A stretch of 64,000 nucleotides of DNA from the NCBI RefSeq assembly GCF_006345805.1, contig NC_043006.1, positions 24,924,001-24,988,000 on the forward strand, given 5' to 3'. Below the pieces are notes generated by a model. The model had not been told where the DNA came from, searched no databases, and saw only the letters and a list, made by a program, of their open reading frames with translations. A program made the translations under genes and the position numbers. The stretch is from Octopus sinensis. Taxonomy: Eukaryota. Positions 1 through 11,489 of this stretch are shown one piece after another. Every line of letters begins with the position of its first letter. Positions within the stretch are counted from its first letter, which is position 1.

Positions 1-1107
1 AGATTAACAAGGAAACTAGCTTTTGTATGTGATAGATGTACAGGTACAATAAGTGCCAAAAATGGGCAGAGGATAGACTCCACCAACTGCCAGGAGGGCA
101 AGCTAGAGGTAGTAGCTTCTGTTATCTAGGTGACCAAGTAGGTAGTGGAGGAGGATGCTCTGAGAGCACAGCTGTGAGAATAGGATTAGGATGGACAAAG
201 TTCAAATAACTCTTACACCTGTTGGAAACATAGGGGCTCTCTCTCAGAGTGAAAGGCAGATTGTATGATGTCTATGTGTAAACAGCTATGCTGCATGGCA
301 GTGAAACATGGGCTTTGACAGCTGAGGACATGTGTAGGCTTGAAAGAAATGAAGCCAGCATGCTTCACTGGATGTGCAATGTCAGTGTGCATGTTCGACA
401 GAATGTATGCATCTTGAGCAAAAAGTTAGGCATAAGAGGCATCGGATGTGGTGTGCAAGAAAGACGACTGCACTGGTATGGTCATGTGATGCATATGGAT
501 GAGGACACTTGTGTAAAGAAATGCCAGTCTCTAACTATGGATGGAACCTGTAGTAGAGGTAGATCCAGGAAGACATGGAGCAAAGTGGTGAAGCATGATC
601 TTCAAACTTTGAGCCTCACAGAGGTATCGACTAGTGACCAAGACCTCTGGTGATGTGCTGTGCTTGAAAGGACCTCTCAAGCCAAGTGCAACCATGCTGG
701 TGGCATGTAAAGAACACCTTTCGAGTGTTGTGCCTCATGGAAGCAAAGTAGCTAAGTTTCTTTCAAGTGTTGAGACTCACAGAGGCAAAGTGGCTGAGTC
801 CTTTCCGAGTGTTGGGCCTGATAAAAGCAATGACCAAGACCTTTGGCATTATGCCATGCTTGAGAAGAAGACCCATTAAGTCAAGCAAAATTGCAGTCAT
901 GGCAGATACCAGTGTCACGCAAATTGGCACATAAAAGTACCCCCTGTGCCCATTACACTCTTAGAGTGGTTGTTGTTAGGAAGGGCATCCAGGTATAGAA
1001 AACCATGCCGAATTAGACAAGGTGCAGCTTTCCAGCGTGCCAGCCCATTCAAACCATCCAACCCATGGACAAAGGATGTTAGATAATGATGATGATGATG
1101 ATGATGA
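1..1107 (+). mobile_element. RTE-clade LINE, 3' fragment (RT C-terminus, 3' UTR, (GAT)n tail)
   Basis: ORF 288-653 MLHGSETWAL..ERNEASML.W..RRLHWYGHV..RKTW is the RTE ORF end; conserved 3' motif ggaagggcatccag..ccatccaacccatg; ends in (GAT)n at ~1085-1107. Confidence 0.9.
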
Positions 1108-1150
1108 TATATATATCTATAAATATATATATATATCTATAAATATATAT

Positions 1151-1202
<52 letters not shown>

Positions 1203-1748
1203 ATATATATAAAGTCCTATGAGGTAGACTGGGGGTGAGTATTAGTAAGGTGAATAAATAATGTAATCATAAATATATATATATATATATGTGTGTGTAT
1301 GTGTGTGTGGTGTATGTGTGTGTGTGTGTGTGTGTACGTGTACAGGCATACCTCACCCTACATCGTTAATTGGTTCCAGGAGATGCAACTTAAGTTGAAT
1401 TAAGTTATCTCTAGGCTAGGCCGAATTTACTTGTCTCTAGGCTAAACCGATAATAATCATTCTGAGTTCTGTACTTTATTTATGAATGTATTTTCAATAA
1501 TACATGGTTAATAAAAACCTATGTTAAGCTTACAAACAAGTAATTTTTATTTTTTAATACAGTACAGTAAAAAAAGAAGTAATTTAAATTTATGAATACA
1601 ATTTAGTGGTGTTTACTGTACTTAGTGTTTACCTTATTTATGAATGCAGTTTGCAATAAGACATGGTAAAATAAAAACCTTTTATAAGCTTAAGAAACAA
1701 ATTCATAATTATTAGAAATATTGAATTTCTAAATGTCTCAGAGAGACA

Positions 1749-2069
1749 TGAGTGGTGGTGGAGTGATATAGTGGTCGTATACTGTCAACTCAATGTGACA
1801 ATCCCGTAAGGGAACTACACCACCGCCATTTAGCGCTAGGAAACATCGACGTCTCCTGTCGGCTTTGACACATTTTCTGTGTCCTTATATTTGCAAAGGG
1901 GAAGCAATCAACCCCTGCCAGATGGGACTAGCACCTGAAGACATATGTTTCTGAGTCTATTGCTCGTTGTCAGTCCAGAGTAGTCAGTGTCGCTCGCTGA
2001 GATGACTGCAACCTCTTCGCAAATATATCCTATTTTCAGTAAAATTTATTTACTGATCACCGAAATTAA
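1749..2069 (-). mobile_element. 321-bp insertion inside Tigger, flanked by a 33-bp direct repeat; probable non-autonomous Penelope-like derivative
   Basis: aaatattgaatttctaaatgtctcagagagaca at 1716-1748 and 2070-2102; contains a hammerhead-like motif. Confidence 0.6.
1934..1979 (-). ncRNA. Type-I hammerhead-like motif (G8A degenerate)
   Basis: Minus strand TCTGGA-CTGACAA-CGAG-caataga-CTCA-GAAA-CATATG-TC-TTCAGG; stem I 6 bp; palindromic stem III ACATATGT; GUC triplet. Confidence 0.65.
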
Positions 2070-2174
2070 AAATATTGAATTTCTAAATGTCTCAGAGAGA
2101 CAATAATTATTATTTTGCAATAGTAAAAAAAACTAAATTGTTTTAAAGTTACCAATTTGTACATACATAATGGT

Positions 2175-4165
2175 TTAAATCGCAGATGTAGATGGTTGTG
2201 AATCGTGAACATCAACAGCTGATTCTGGCTGTTCTTGTTGTTTGATGTGCTTAAAAAACCAGTTGAGAGTTCCTTGAACTGTTTTCTTCTTCTTTTCAAG
2301 GATTACATTACAAGGAGCAAAAGCTTCGTGACAAGCCCCCATAATCTTGGAAAAGTGCTGAGCATTTGGATTCATATCCTCAAACATAGAAAGGCCTTTT
2401 GTGATATATGCTAGCTGCATTTTCTTAATGGTTAAGTGACATGACTCAGGTTTGACTTCCTCCTCTTCTTTATTTTGCTGCTCGTAAAGCTCTATCAAAT
2501 CCTCGTTTGTCAGGGGCTGCTTGTCTTTTTCAAATAAATCCTCCTCCTCCTCCTCCAAATCCATTTCCAGTTCTTTGCTTGTAGTCAGCAACGTTTTGTT
2601 GATGGCAACATTATCAAACCCCTTAAAATCATTTACAAATTGTGGGCATAGCTTCTTCCATACACCATTCTTAGCCATGCTCTGTACATCATTTCATGCC
2701 ACTCCTATATTCTGTACAGCCTTGTAGATATTGTATCTCTTCCAAAAGTCACTCAGTGTGATGGACTCATCAGAATCAGTTGCAGCTATTGCTTTCCACA
2801 GCATACACTTCACATAGTAATGCTTGAAGATAGCAATTATTGCTTGATCCATTGGCTGCAGAAGAGACGTGGTGTTTGGAGGGAGGTATATGATGGTAGT
2901 CGAGCTTACGATCGTGAGGTTGTGAGCTCGAATCCCGGACGGGGCTGCGTGTTGTGTTCTTGAGCAAGGCACTTTATTTCACGTTGCTCCAGTTCACTCA
3001 GCTGTAGAAATGAGTTGCGACGTCACAGGTGCCAAGCTGTATCGGCCCTTGCCTTTCCCTTGGACAACATCGGTGACGTGGAGAGGGGAGGCCGGTATGC
3101 ATGGGCGACTGCTGGTCTTCCATAAAACAACCTTGCCCAGACTTGTGCCTCAGAGGGTATCTCTCTAGGTGCAAACCCATGGTCAGTGCCTGACCGAAGG
3201 GGGTCTTTATTGGGGTCAAAATCTGTGATGCTTTGCAGGTGGCCAGGATTTTATCTAAGGTAAGTAAAACTTTAAAAGGAATCCCCTTCTTACAATACTT
3301 CTCTGCTGCTGGGATAAGATGATTGAAAAACCAATCTTTAAATATAATAACAGTAACCCATGCTTTTAAATTAGCCATCCATATAACAGGGAGAGATGCC
3401 TTGGGTATGTTCTTCATGGCACGGGACTTGTGTGCATGATACACAAGCAATGGCTTTAACTTAAAATCTCCTTCACAATTACCTCCTAACATAATGGTCA
3501 TACATTCTTTTGAGACCTTGTAGCCTGGAATAGTTTTCACCTCCTTGGAAATGAATGAACGGTCTGGCAATTTTTTCCTATACAATCCAGTTTCATCTAC
3601 ATTAAAAAATCTGTTCAGAAAGAAACCCGTTTTCTTCAATGATTTTCTTTAATGCATTAGGAAATTCCACTGCTGCTTGTTCATCAGCTGATGCACTTTC
3701 ACGTTGCTTCTTAATGGAGTGATAACTTCTTCGCTCCTTAAATCTCATGAACCATCCTTGACTTGCTTTGAACTCTACATCTTTCTCATCTGGATATTTT
3801 TTCTTCAGGTCCTCAAACAAAGACAATGCTTTCTCTTGAATGATTTCTTGACTAATAGTAGCAGGCTGATGATTCAACCTAACAATCCAAAGAAAAAGAA
3901 GACTTTCAATTCCTTCAAAGACTTTGCTTTTTTTCTTATTGATGATAGTGTTCTTCATCCCTGGGGCTTCAGATTTGATAGGTGCTAAAATCTTGCCCTT
4001 ATTATGTACAATCATCACTACAATTGTTCGACTTATCCCAAAAGATCGTGCAATTGCTACCACTTTTTCACCTTTTTCATAGCGTTTTATCGTAGCCAGT
4101 TTATCTTCCAGAGTATTATAGCATGGTGCTTAGCACTTTCTCTATGAATTTTCTTGGGAGCCTTG
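2175..4165 (-). pseudogene. Tigger transposase (HTH-psq, CENP-B HTH, DDE_1), frameshifted and SINE-interrupted
   Basis: ORF pieces: FKASQGWFMRFKER, FNVDETGLY.KKLP.R.FI, GGNCEGDFKLKPLLVYH, YLPPNTTSLLQPMDQ.II..FK..Y, W.KLCPQFVNDFKGF. Confidence 0.92.
2895..3206 (+). mobile_element. SINE (tRNA-like head, CORE/V-like gtgttcttgagcaaggcac block, RTE-related tail) inserted into the Tigger ORF
   Basis: B-box-like gctcgaatccc; splits the Tigger motif FDPNIK|IYLPPN; homologous copy at 54725-55035. Confidence 0.8.
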
Positions 4166-4699
4166 GGGGCAAAAAATAAAGTCACAAAGGAATGAGAATG
4201 AGAAAGTAGTTGATAAAAGATGTAAACAAATCTGAATTCAAAACAATCACAGGAATCATGAGTGACAATGATGCCTAACGGTAGATATTGGAACTACAGC
4301 CCAATATGAGCTCCTAAACACTGATAAATAAGACAACACAACTGATTTCATGATTTCGCTCACTAAGCTACACTACTTTATGGTGTGTATCTTAATATTT
4401 ACTGTACATATTTTAATATGATTTTATTTGCTTTTTTTTCCTATTTATTGTACAGAAACATGATTTTATGTACTTTTAATGGTTTTCTAGTGATTTTACA
4501 ATTCCAACATTTATGGCAGACAGACAGAAAGTTGAGTAAAATGACTTAACTTGATTTTTATTTTTCCATATATTATTTTTGAAAACTGACATATAATCAA
4601 GAGCGACTTAAATCGAAACAACTTAAGCTGAGGTATGTCTGTATATAGGTTATGTTTAAAATCAAAGTTTAGATAGGAAACTTTAAATGTATCCAAACC

Positions 4700-4960
4700 T
4701 TGTTTTGGGTATGTCCCTAGTAGTGTGCCTTGAGAGTGTGTTCACCACATATGGCTACCAGGCATCATCCATAGTACTATGTGCACTGTGGGGGTTGCCA
4801 TGCCACCCACCTTTAACACGATTGGACAGACGGTGCTCCTGTCTCTAGCAGCTATGGCAAAAGAGGTTGTGAGGTGGACAAGGCTGAGAGGCTTGAAGAA
4901 AGACACCTTCCTCTTCAGTCAAGCTCTCATCACAGGATCTATGTAAAGAATTCCTTGGTG
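4700..4960 (+). mobile_element. Tx1/L1-like LINE ORF2 C-terminal fragment
   Basis: Translates to LLSLAAMAKEVVRWTRLRGLKKDTFL, which aligns with LVAMAIKCAWWTRLKGLETNTFL at ~52460-52540. Confidence 0.6.
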
Positions 4961-5289
4961 GACGTTTAATATATTTTAAATAATTGATAGGGAAAACAGA
5001 GCATACTGTAAGCTTTATTTAGCATGATGATTGTTTTGGCTTACATCTGCACTGCTCCCCAGTGGCTGGGGAGTGATATAATGGAATTGAATGTACCCCA
5101 CAGTGCAGACGAAACCTCACCAAGTTACATAGTCCTATACAGTGTTATAATATGTAGATTTCCCTACGGTGTGGTGCAAGATGGTGTTGGTATGCTGCAT
5201 GCATTTATAGTAGTTCACAGATTCATTAATGAAGCAGGATATTTGGTATGTATTCAGGGAGTGGTAGGTAAAGAATATATATGTATATA

Positions 5290-5510
5290 TATATACATTC
5301 AAAATGTGACCGTGTGTGTACCATTGGCGATTTTTTTCCTCCATCTTCCCTTCTTTGGATCTTTCCTTTTACTAAGTTTCTGACGAAGAGCTCCGCTTGA
5401 AACATTAAACCCTCCTTCTTTCCTTCTTTCCTGAGTGTCCAATAATACTATACTTGTTCCACGTCCTCGCGTTGTGTTTTCTCTTTGTGTTTTCATTTTG
5501 GATTAACTTC
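5290..5510 (+). mobile_element. Short PLE-derived repeat carrying a minimal hammerhead motif (5376-5410)
   Basis: GTTT-CTGACGA-A-GAGCtccGCTT-GAAA-CAT-T-AAAC; flanked by (TA)n; shares ttcctgagYgt with the element at 6485-6615. Confidence 0.6.
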
Positions 5511-5747
5511 ATATATATATATATATATATATGTACAACTTGTCAATCCCCTTCCAAATTATCTCTGTGTATACAAAACTTAGCAGAAACATGTTAACTT
5601 TGAGGTGAATAGTCTGGAAATCAGTAGTTCTGGCTAGTTAATCAATCAAATGAAGGATTGATTAAATATGCACATTGTAATATGCTAAACTATTCGAAAC
5701 ACATGTAAGCTAAATAAATCATTGATGATGTTTCTTTATTCATTGTG

Positions 5748-5785
<38 letters not shown>

Positions 5786-6484
5786 AGTAGTTAATAAAGT
5801 AAATGCTGACATTCTTAATGTGACAAGTATGATAATTTTAATCAATCAATAGTTTCCTTATTGAGAAAATAATCTGGATGCACTCATAACCAATGGTTGA
5901 GTGACATCTTCTGAGTGAACTTAGGTAGGACCTTCATGTGATCATGTGTATGTGTGGTGTGTGTGTATTGATGATATAAAGGGGTAGTATACCAGTTTAT
6001 TAGTTCTTTGCAAACAGAACTGTGAAATGCTGCAATGTTTAAGTATATTGAAAATAGTGGTTGAGTAACTTATCATCTTGGCTCCTCTTCCTTGCTATTA
6101 TGCTACACTGAACTTAAGGTTGCCAAGGTCTTATTCACAACTGATAGACTGGGAAAGAATTCATTAAAGAAATTCATCTAAACTCACAAAACTGTTGTAA
6201 AATCCACAAACTTTGTTGAAGACAGACAATAGGGAAAATATAAGATTTTGACAGAGGTTCTAGTCATTTCTAATCAGACACAAAGGTAACTGATCAAACA
6301 ATAGGTGGTAATAAGTGACTACCACTCAGCAGACATTCCAGCCTGACAACGCTACTGATATGTTGCAAAACATCTAATAGGTTAAAATATCAAATCACCT
6401 TTGAGATAATTTATACACTAAGGGCAAAAAATAACAAATGTAGTAAAATACATATATTTTCAGTAGAATTTTATAATAATAATA

Positions 6485-6614
6485 ATAACGCTCAGGAATA
6501 GAAAAAGTCTTTTACGTTTCAAGCCTACGCTCTTCTACAGAAAGGGACACAGAAAAAAACAAGGATAGAAAAAAAAATGTGTGTAGTGGCTACCGATCTA
6601 TCATGGCAACCATG

Positions 6615-6615
<1 letters not shown>
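6485..6615 (-). mobile_element. Short PLE-derived repeat carrying a minimal hammerhead-like motif (6509-6544)
   Basis: Minus strand CTTT-CTGTAGA-A-GAGCgtagGCTT-GAAA-CGT-A-AAAG; ACGT palindrome; flanked by (AAT)n and (TA)n. Confidence 0.55.
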
Positions 6616-6648
<33 letters not shown>

Positions 6649-6739
6649 GCATATATACACATATACATGTACATACCTATTTAGATATACCTTTATTTTA
6701 GTTGTTTACACTATTTTACGTTTGTTTATACTCTTATAC

Positions 6740-7409
6740 ATTCAAAGTTCACAAATTTCCTTATTTTTATAGATAATATTTTCTGTTTGGTCAACACTAA
6801 TTTTCAAATTACTGGAGTCCATTGCTCTACTCATAGCAATGTATAACTGGCCATGTGTAAACATCAGAATGAGTAAAAATACATCTACATGATCTAAAGT
6901 CTGGCCCTATGCCTTGTTTGCTGTGAATGCATGAGTTGCAAAAAATCAAACTAAGACTTACCTCACACTGTGAATAATGTCTGGATGTTCTGATACCATT
7001 GATTATTTTGATTGACAAAGCTGAGATGTAAACAGCAGCTGCTTTGATTAGCCGTTTCAAATCCTGCTTCAATAACCACTAAGTAATCACACACACAACA
7101 TACTGACACACACTTTTTCCATTCCATTTTCGCTATTAACTGTTGTCACGATCCCCTTTGTATCTACAATGGGGCCACAAATTATATGATGAAAATTCAG
7201 AGTTACTTGTGGTCACTGAATTTTAATAAAAATGCGAAGATGGTTTATCAATTGAAAAATCAATATCCATGAAATCACCATCCATTCTGATTTTTTAATG
7301 CTAAAAACCTTCTAGGCAACCATCTTTGTAATCCCCCAAAATATCATAACTGCGAAGAGGGAACAGATTAAGAGACAGACAGATGGACATAATGCCCATT
7401 ATAGTAAGA
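6740..7409 (-). mobile_element. Helitron remnant (5' A|TC terminus plus PIF1-like helicase C-terminus)
   Basis: Minus 6930-6750 reads TANKA*GQTLDHVDVFL..FTHGQLYIAMSRA..NIIYK (Helitron/PIF1 motifs V-VI); 5' end a|tcttactataatgggc..tgtctgtc at 7409; no 3' hairpin/CTRR seen. Confidence 0.7.
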
Positions 7410-7423
7410 TTGTTATTATTAAA

Positions 7424-7644
7424 AAGGCAGCGAGCTGGCAGAATCATTAGCACACTGGGTGAAATGCTTAGTAGTATTTCATCTGCTGCTGCATTCTGAC
7501 TTCAGTTTCTGCCAAGGTTGACTTTGCCTTTTGTCCTTTTGGGGTCGATAATATAAATACCAGTTGTGCACTGGGGTAGATGTAATTGACTTAACCCCTT
7601 CCCCAAAATTACTGCCCTTGTGGCAAAATTTGAAACCATTATTA

Positions 7645-7679
<35 letters not shown>

Positions 7680-7720
7680 ATTATTATTATTATATTATTA
7701 TTATTATTATTATTATTATT
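7424..7720 (+). mobile_element. tRNA-derived SINE family 2 (aaggcggcgagctggcagaa..) with (ATT)n tail
   Basis: Matches copies at 10757, 16070, 27117, 40346 and 56443. Confidence 0.85.
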
Positions 7721-8039
7721 ACAGTGATACCTCACAGTTTAATTCATTCCATGACAGAGCTTGTCTTATGATTTACTTGTTTTACAAATCAATTTTCCCC
7801 ATTGAAATTAACTAAAATATAATTAATCCATTCCAGCTCCTAAAAACCATTCAAAAATAATTTTTTATGGATTCTAAAACATAAAAGGTGTAGTTATAAG
7901 TAAAATTACAATTATAAAAACGAGAAAGCAAAAGAAATATGTGAACTGGTTTTATCACCTGAATTACCTTAAAGATAGGATGATTTGTGTGCTCCTACTG
8001 TGGATTTCTGCTTGTATTTCCAACATTATTAAAATAAAA

Positions 8040-8315
8040 TAAGTAATGTATATGAACGGTTAAATACTATGCAGCTGTGGTACTTCGTCCAGAGTAGAAC
8101 CTTTTAAATCGATCCACACCATACTCAGATTAGTATATCTTTTCTTACAACTGTCCATTTTATCTATCAGAAGTTAATCTTTTGTCCCTTGACTTTTCCT
8201 CCTGCGTCCCTGCTGTTCCACTGGCAGCTTGTCATTCATTTCAAGGAAGTCATACACACAATTAGATATTATTCTTGTCATCAACTTCCACATCAAGGGT
8301 AGGCAGGAGATTGGC
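8040..8315 (-). mobile_element. R4/Dong-like RLE LINE, RT N-terminal fragment
   Basis: [30 protein letters not shown](QLLID) motif. Confidence 0.75.
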
Positions 8316-8329
8316 CAAACAACAACAAC

Positions 8330-8742
8330 AACAACAATGGAAATTGTAGCTGTGATACCAGTGCCGGTAGCACGTAAGAGAACCATCTGAACGTGGCTGT
8401 TGCCAGCGCCACCCCGACTGGCCTCTGTGCCGGTGGCACGTAAACAGCACCATCCAATTGTGGCCATTGCCAGCCTCATCTGGCCCCCATGCCGGTGGCA
8501 CGTAAAAAGCACCATCCGATCGTGGCCATTTGCCAGCCTCGTCTGGCACCTGTGCAGGTGGCACATAAAAAGCACCCACTAACACTCACGGAGTGGTTGG
8601 CGTTAGGAAGGGCATCCAGCTGTAGAAACACTGCCAGATCAGACTGGGCCTGGTGCAGTCTCCTGGCTTCCCAGACCCCAGTTGAACCGTCCAACCCATG
8701 CTAGCATGGAAAACGGATGTTAAACGATGATGATGATGATTA
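8330..8742 (+). mobile_element. RTE LINE 3' UTR/tail fragment with tandem ~60-bp hairpin units
   Basis: Repeated gtgccggtggcacgtaaaaagcaccatcc units; gagtggttggcgttaggaagggcatccagc; (GAT)n end. Confidence 0.85.
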
Positions 8743-9269
8743 CCTTTACTGGGGTCCTTTTGGCAAAGAACTGTTTTCCCTGTGGTCATCCACATCAGGA
8801 TTTTCATGTCACTGTTGATCATTTCATCCATTTGCATAGCTATTCTTTCATGTAATGCTGGGAAATTTTTCAGTCAGTACCCTCGTACTCCATCTGGGCC
8901 AGGACATTTCCAGTTTGAAACCTTTGTTGTCTGTTTGGTCAACATTTCAGTTATCATTATATTGTTGTTTCACTTTATTTTTCTCCAATCTTAATTCCCT
9001 CAACCATTCAGTATTTCTCTTATGAGTAACATCTAGGAAGCTTGTTCACCAATGGGATACAAGTACTGCAAGAGTGATGGAAGAAGTATGTGGACCACAA
9101 AAAGGACAGTGTTGAAAAATAAACCTTATTTGGTCATATTCCATAAGAGTATCTTGGCTAGCCTGTGAACATTTTTAGTTGACTCTTGTATATTGTTGAA
9201 TTCTTTAATCTTATCTCTTAATTCTTCTAGTCTACAGTCTTTGTTTCAGGTCTTCATGGATTGCATTAT

Positions 9270-10745
9270 TATTGTTGTTGTTGTTATTATTATCATTATA
9301 GACATCGCACAGTATACAATATCATGAGGTTGTTGATTGAAGATATTGTACTGTTTGTCAAGTCCCAACGAGGACCTCAGATAGACAGTACTCTACACAA
9401 CGTGTGCAGTTCCAAGTAATGCTGAATTTTGAAATACATCTAGATTGTAGGGTATTTCTAAGGTTTACAGATGTTTTTTCAGATTGGGTGGTATTGAACC
9501 CAAGCTCCAATGACAATAGGGATAACCCTTATGTTCGACTCTCATAGCTGCCACATGTTAGTGATCTCAATTCTCAGATCTCCATATTTATCAACTTTTT
9601 CTCTGCTACATCGATTATTAGGCACTCTTGTTTGACCCTCCTAAAGGTTACTATATCTGGCCTTCAGTGCTCAAACACTTTGTCTGTCTGGAAATCAAAG
9701 TCCCAGAGGATTTTTGCCTTCCCCTTTTCGTCCATTACCTTTTTTAGGTCACCCTTGATGAGCCACCTCCATGATGCTTCCTGGTCTTTTAATTTGTTAG
9801 TTTTACAGTGGAACTGACTTTGTAATTCCATACAGAATAGGGTTCTTCTCTCTTGTTGGCTGTTCTTGTTCGGAATTCATGAGCACTCTCAAGTCCATTT
9901 TTGTTAATTCCTTCTGCACTGGCAGCATACTGTCGCAGGTCTTGTTTGCTGTTTACTAAATATTTTTCCATGTTTTTTTCTTTCACTGTTGATGCACTCC
10001 TTTACGCTAATCAGCCCACGTCCACCCTTACCTCTCTTTATGTAGACCCTGTGTACATTTGTCTTAGGGTGGAGGGTACCATGCATTGTCATTGTCTTTT
10101 GGGTAGTGCGATCAAGTTGGTCAATCTCCACTTGTGTCCATCTCAAGATGAGTACACTATAATGGACTACAGCAACCACCCATATGTTGATGGCAGTCAC
10201 AAGGTTCTTTGAGTTGAGCTTTGATTTCAAGGGAAGTTTGAGCTGCTTGAAATATGCAGTCATGACCTTGTCTTTCATTTCTCTGTACAAGATATTGTCC
10301 AGCTTCAGGATCCCAAGGTATTTGTACCCATCATCATTCAGATCTTCCATTCTCTCTCTGTTTGGCAATTCTATGCCCCTACAATTAACTCTTTTCCAGC
10401 AACTGTTGGTATTGTTGTTGTTGTAATTGCTGCTGTAACTGTTGTTTCTGTTGCTGTTGCAACTGTACCCTTTGATCCCTATATCCTTGCTGCACATTTG
10501 CACAGTCTCAACCAGCCTCTCCACTTCAGGCTCTGTTTTTGTGAACAGTTTTAAATCATCCATGAAGAGAAGGTGGTTGAGACAAGGTCTGTTCTTTTTC
10601 AGCTCATAGTGCACGTTGATTTTACGTAGGACTACAGAAAGTGGGATCAAGGCTATAACAAATAATAGAGGTGAACAAGAGTCTCCTTGGAAATACCTCT
10701 TTTGCAATGCAGTTCTCTTGTGTATGGACTTAAACCACTTGAGCC
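9270..10745 (-). mobile_element. R4/Dong-like RLE LINE, 5'-truncated (RT, RLE, (AAT/AAC)n tail)
   Basis: ORF 9904-10707 FQGDSCSPLLF..HLLFMDDLKLF..YKYLG..GGRGL; downstream RPDI..IIDVA..IPIVIGA..LLGTAH; tail at ~9265-9300. Confidence 0.85.
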
Positions 10746-10756
10746 AAATTATTATT

Positions 10757-10969
10757 AAGGTGGCGAGCTGGCAGAATCATTAGCATGCTGAGTGAAATGC
10801 CTAGTTGTATTTCATCTACCGCTACATTCTAAGTTCAAATTCTGCTGAAGTCAACTTTTAGGAGTGATAAATTAAGTACCAGTTATGCACTGGGGTCAGT
10901 GTAATCAACTTAATCCCTTCCCTAAAATTACTACCACAAATTTCAGGCCTTGTGCCTATAATAGAAATG

Positions 10970-11056
<87 letters not shown>
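10757..11056 (+). mobile_element. SINE family 2 with long (ATT)n tail
   Basis: Homology to the other copies; (ATT)n at 10971-11056. Confidence 0.85.
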
Positions 11057-11057
<1 letters not shown>

Positions 11058-11335
11058 TATGTTTGACTTTTGCTTTACATTTGTACAAGCTGGCTCCAAG
11101 TCTCACTCAGAGACCTCAAGAGACAACAAGTTGGAAGTTCATGTTGGTGTTATGCTTAAGGTGCCATATATTTGGTTTTGTACTTAGTGTTGTACTAGTG
11201 AATGCCTAAAGAACCATATGAAAATTATGTTTGTTTTAAAACTTAGGATTACACAGAAAGTATTTTGCGTAGGATATGAGCAGTTCCTATGAGCACTATC
11301 TTTTGAATTTCTGCCATTTTGGGGTTTCCATTATT
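11057..11335 (-). mobile_element. R4/Dong-like LINE 3' end between (TAA)n tracts
   Basis: MAEIQKIVLIGTAHILRKILSV* followed by 3' UTR; (AAT)n on both sides. Confidence 0.7.
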
Positions 11336-11489
11336 ATCATTATTATTATTATTATTATTATTATTGTCACCAAGACAGTGACTTAACAGGTTGGTTAGTG
11401 CATTAGACAAAATGCTTAATGACATTTCTTCCAACTCATTACGTTCTAAATTCAAATACCACTCTGCTTTTCATCCTTTTGGTACTAGT

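Larger units (their letters stand above)
1343..4641 (-). mobile_element. Tigger (pogo/Tc1-mariner) DNA transposon, near full length, with nested insertions
   Basis: TIRs CAGGCATACCTCA (1343) and TGAGGTATGTCTG (ends 4641), each flanked by TA; transposase fragments on the minus strand. Confidence 0.92.

Noticed and set aside
5050-5080. Perfect 8-bp GC hairpin CTCCCCAG-tgg-CTGGGGAG
   Set aside because: Not followed by CTRR as a Helitron 3' end would be, and no other support
8262-8704. Overlapping ORFs across the RTE tail repeats, and the apparent CRISPR-like periodicity (also at 26.1, 33.7 and 50.3 kb)
   Set aside because: Products of stop-poor tandem repeats in a LINE 3' UTR; the units repeat entirely, with no unique spacers and no cas genes
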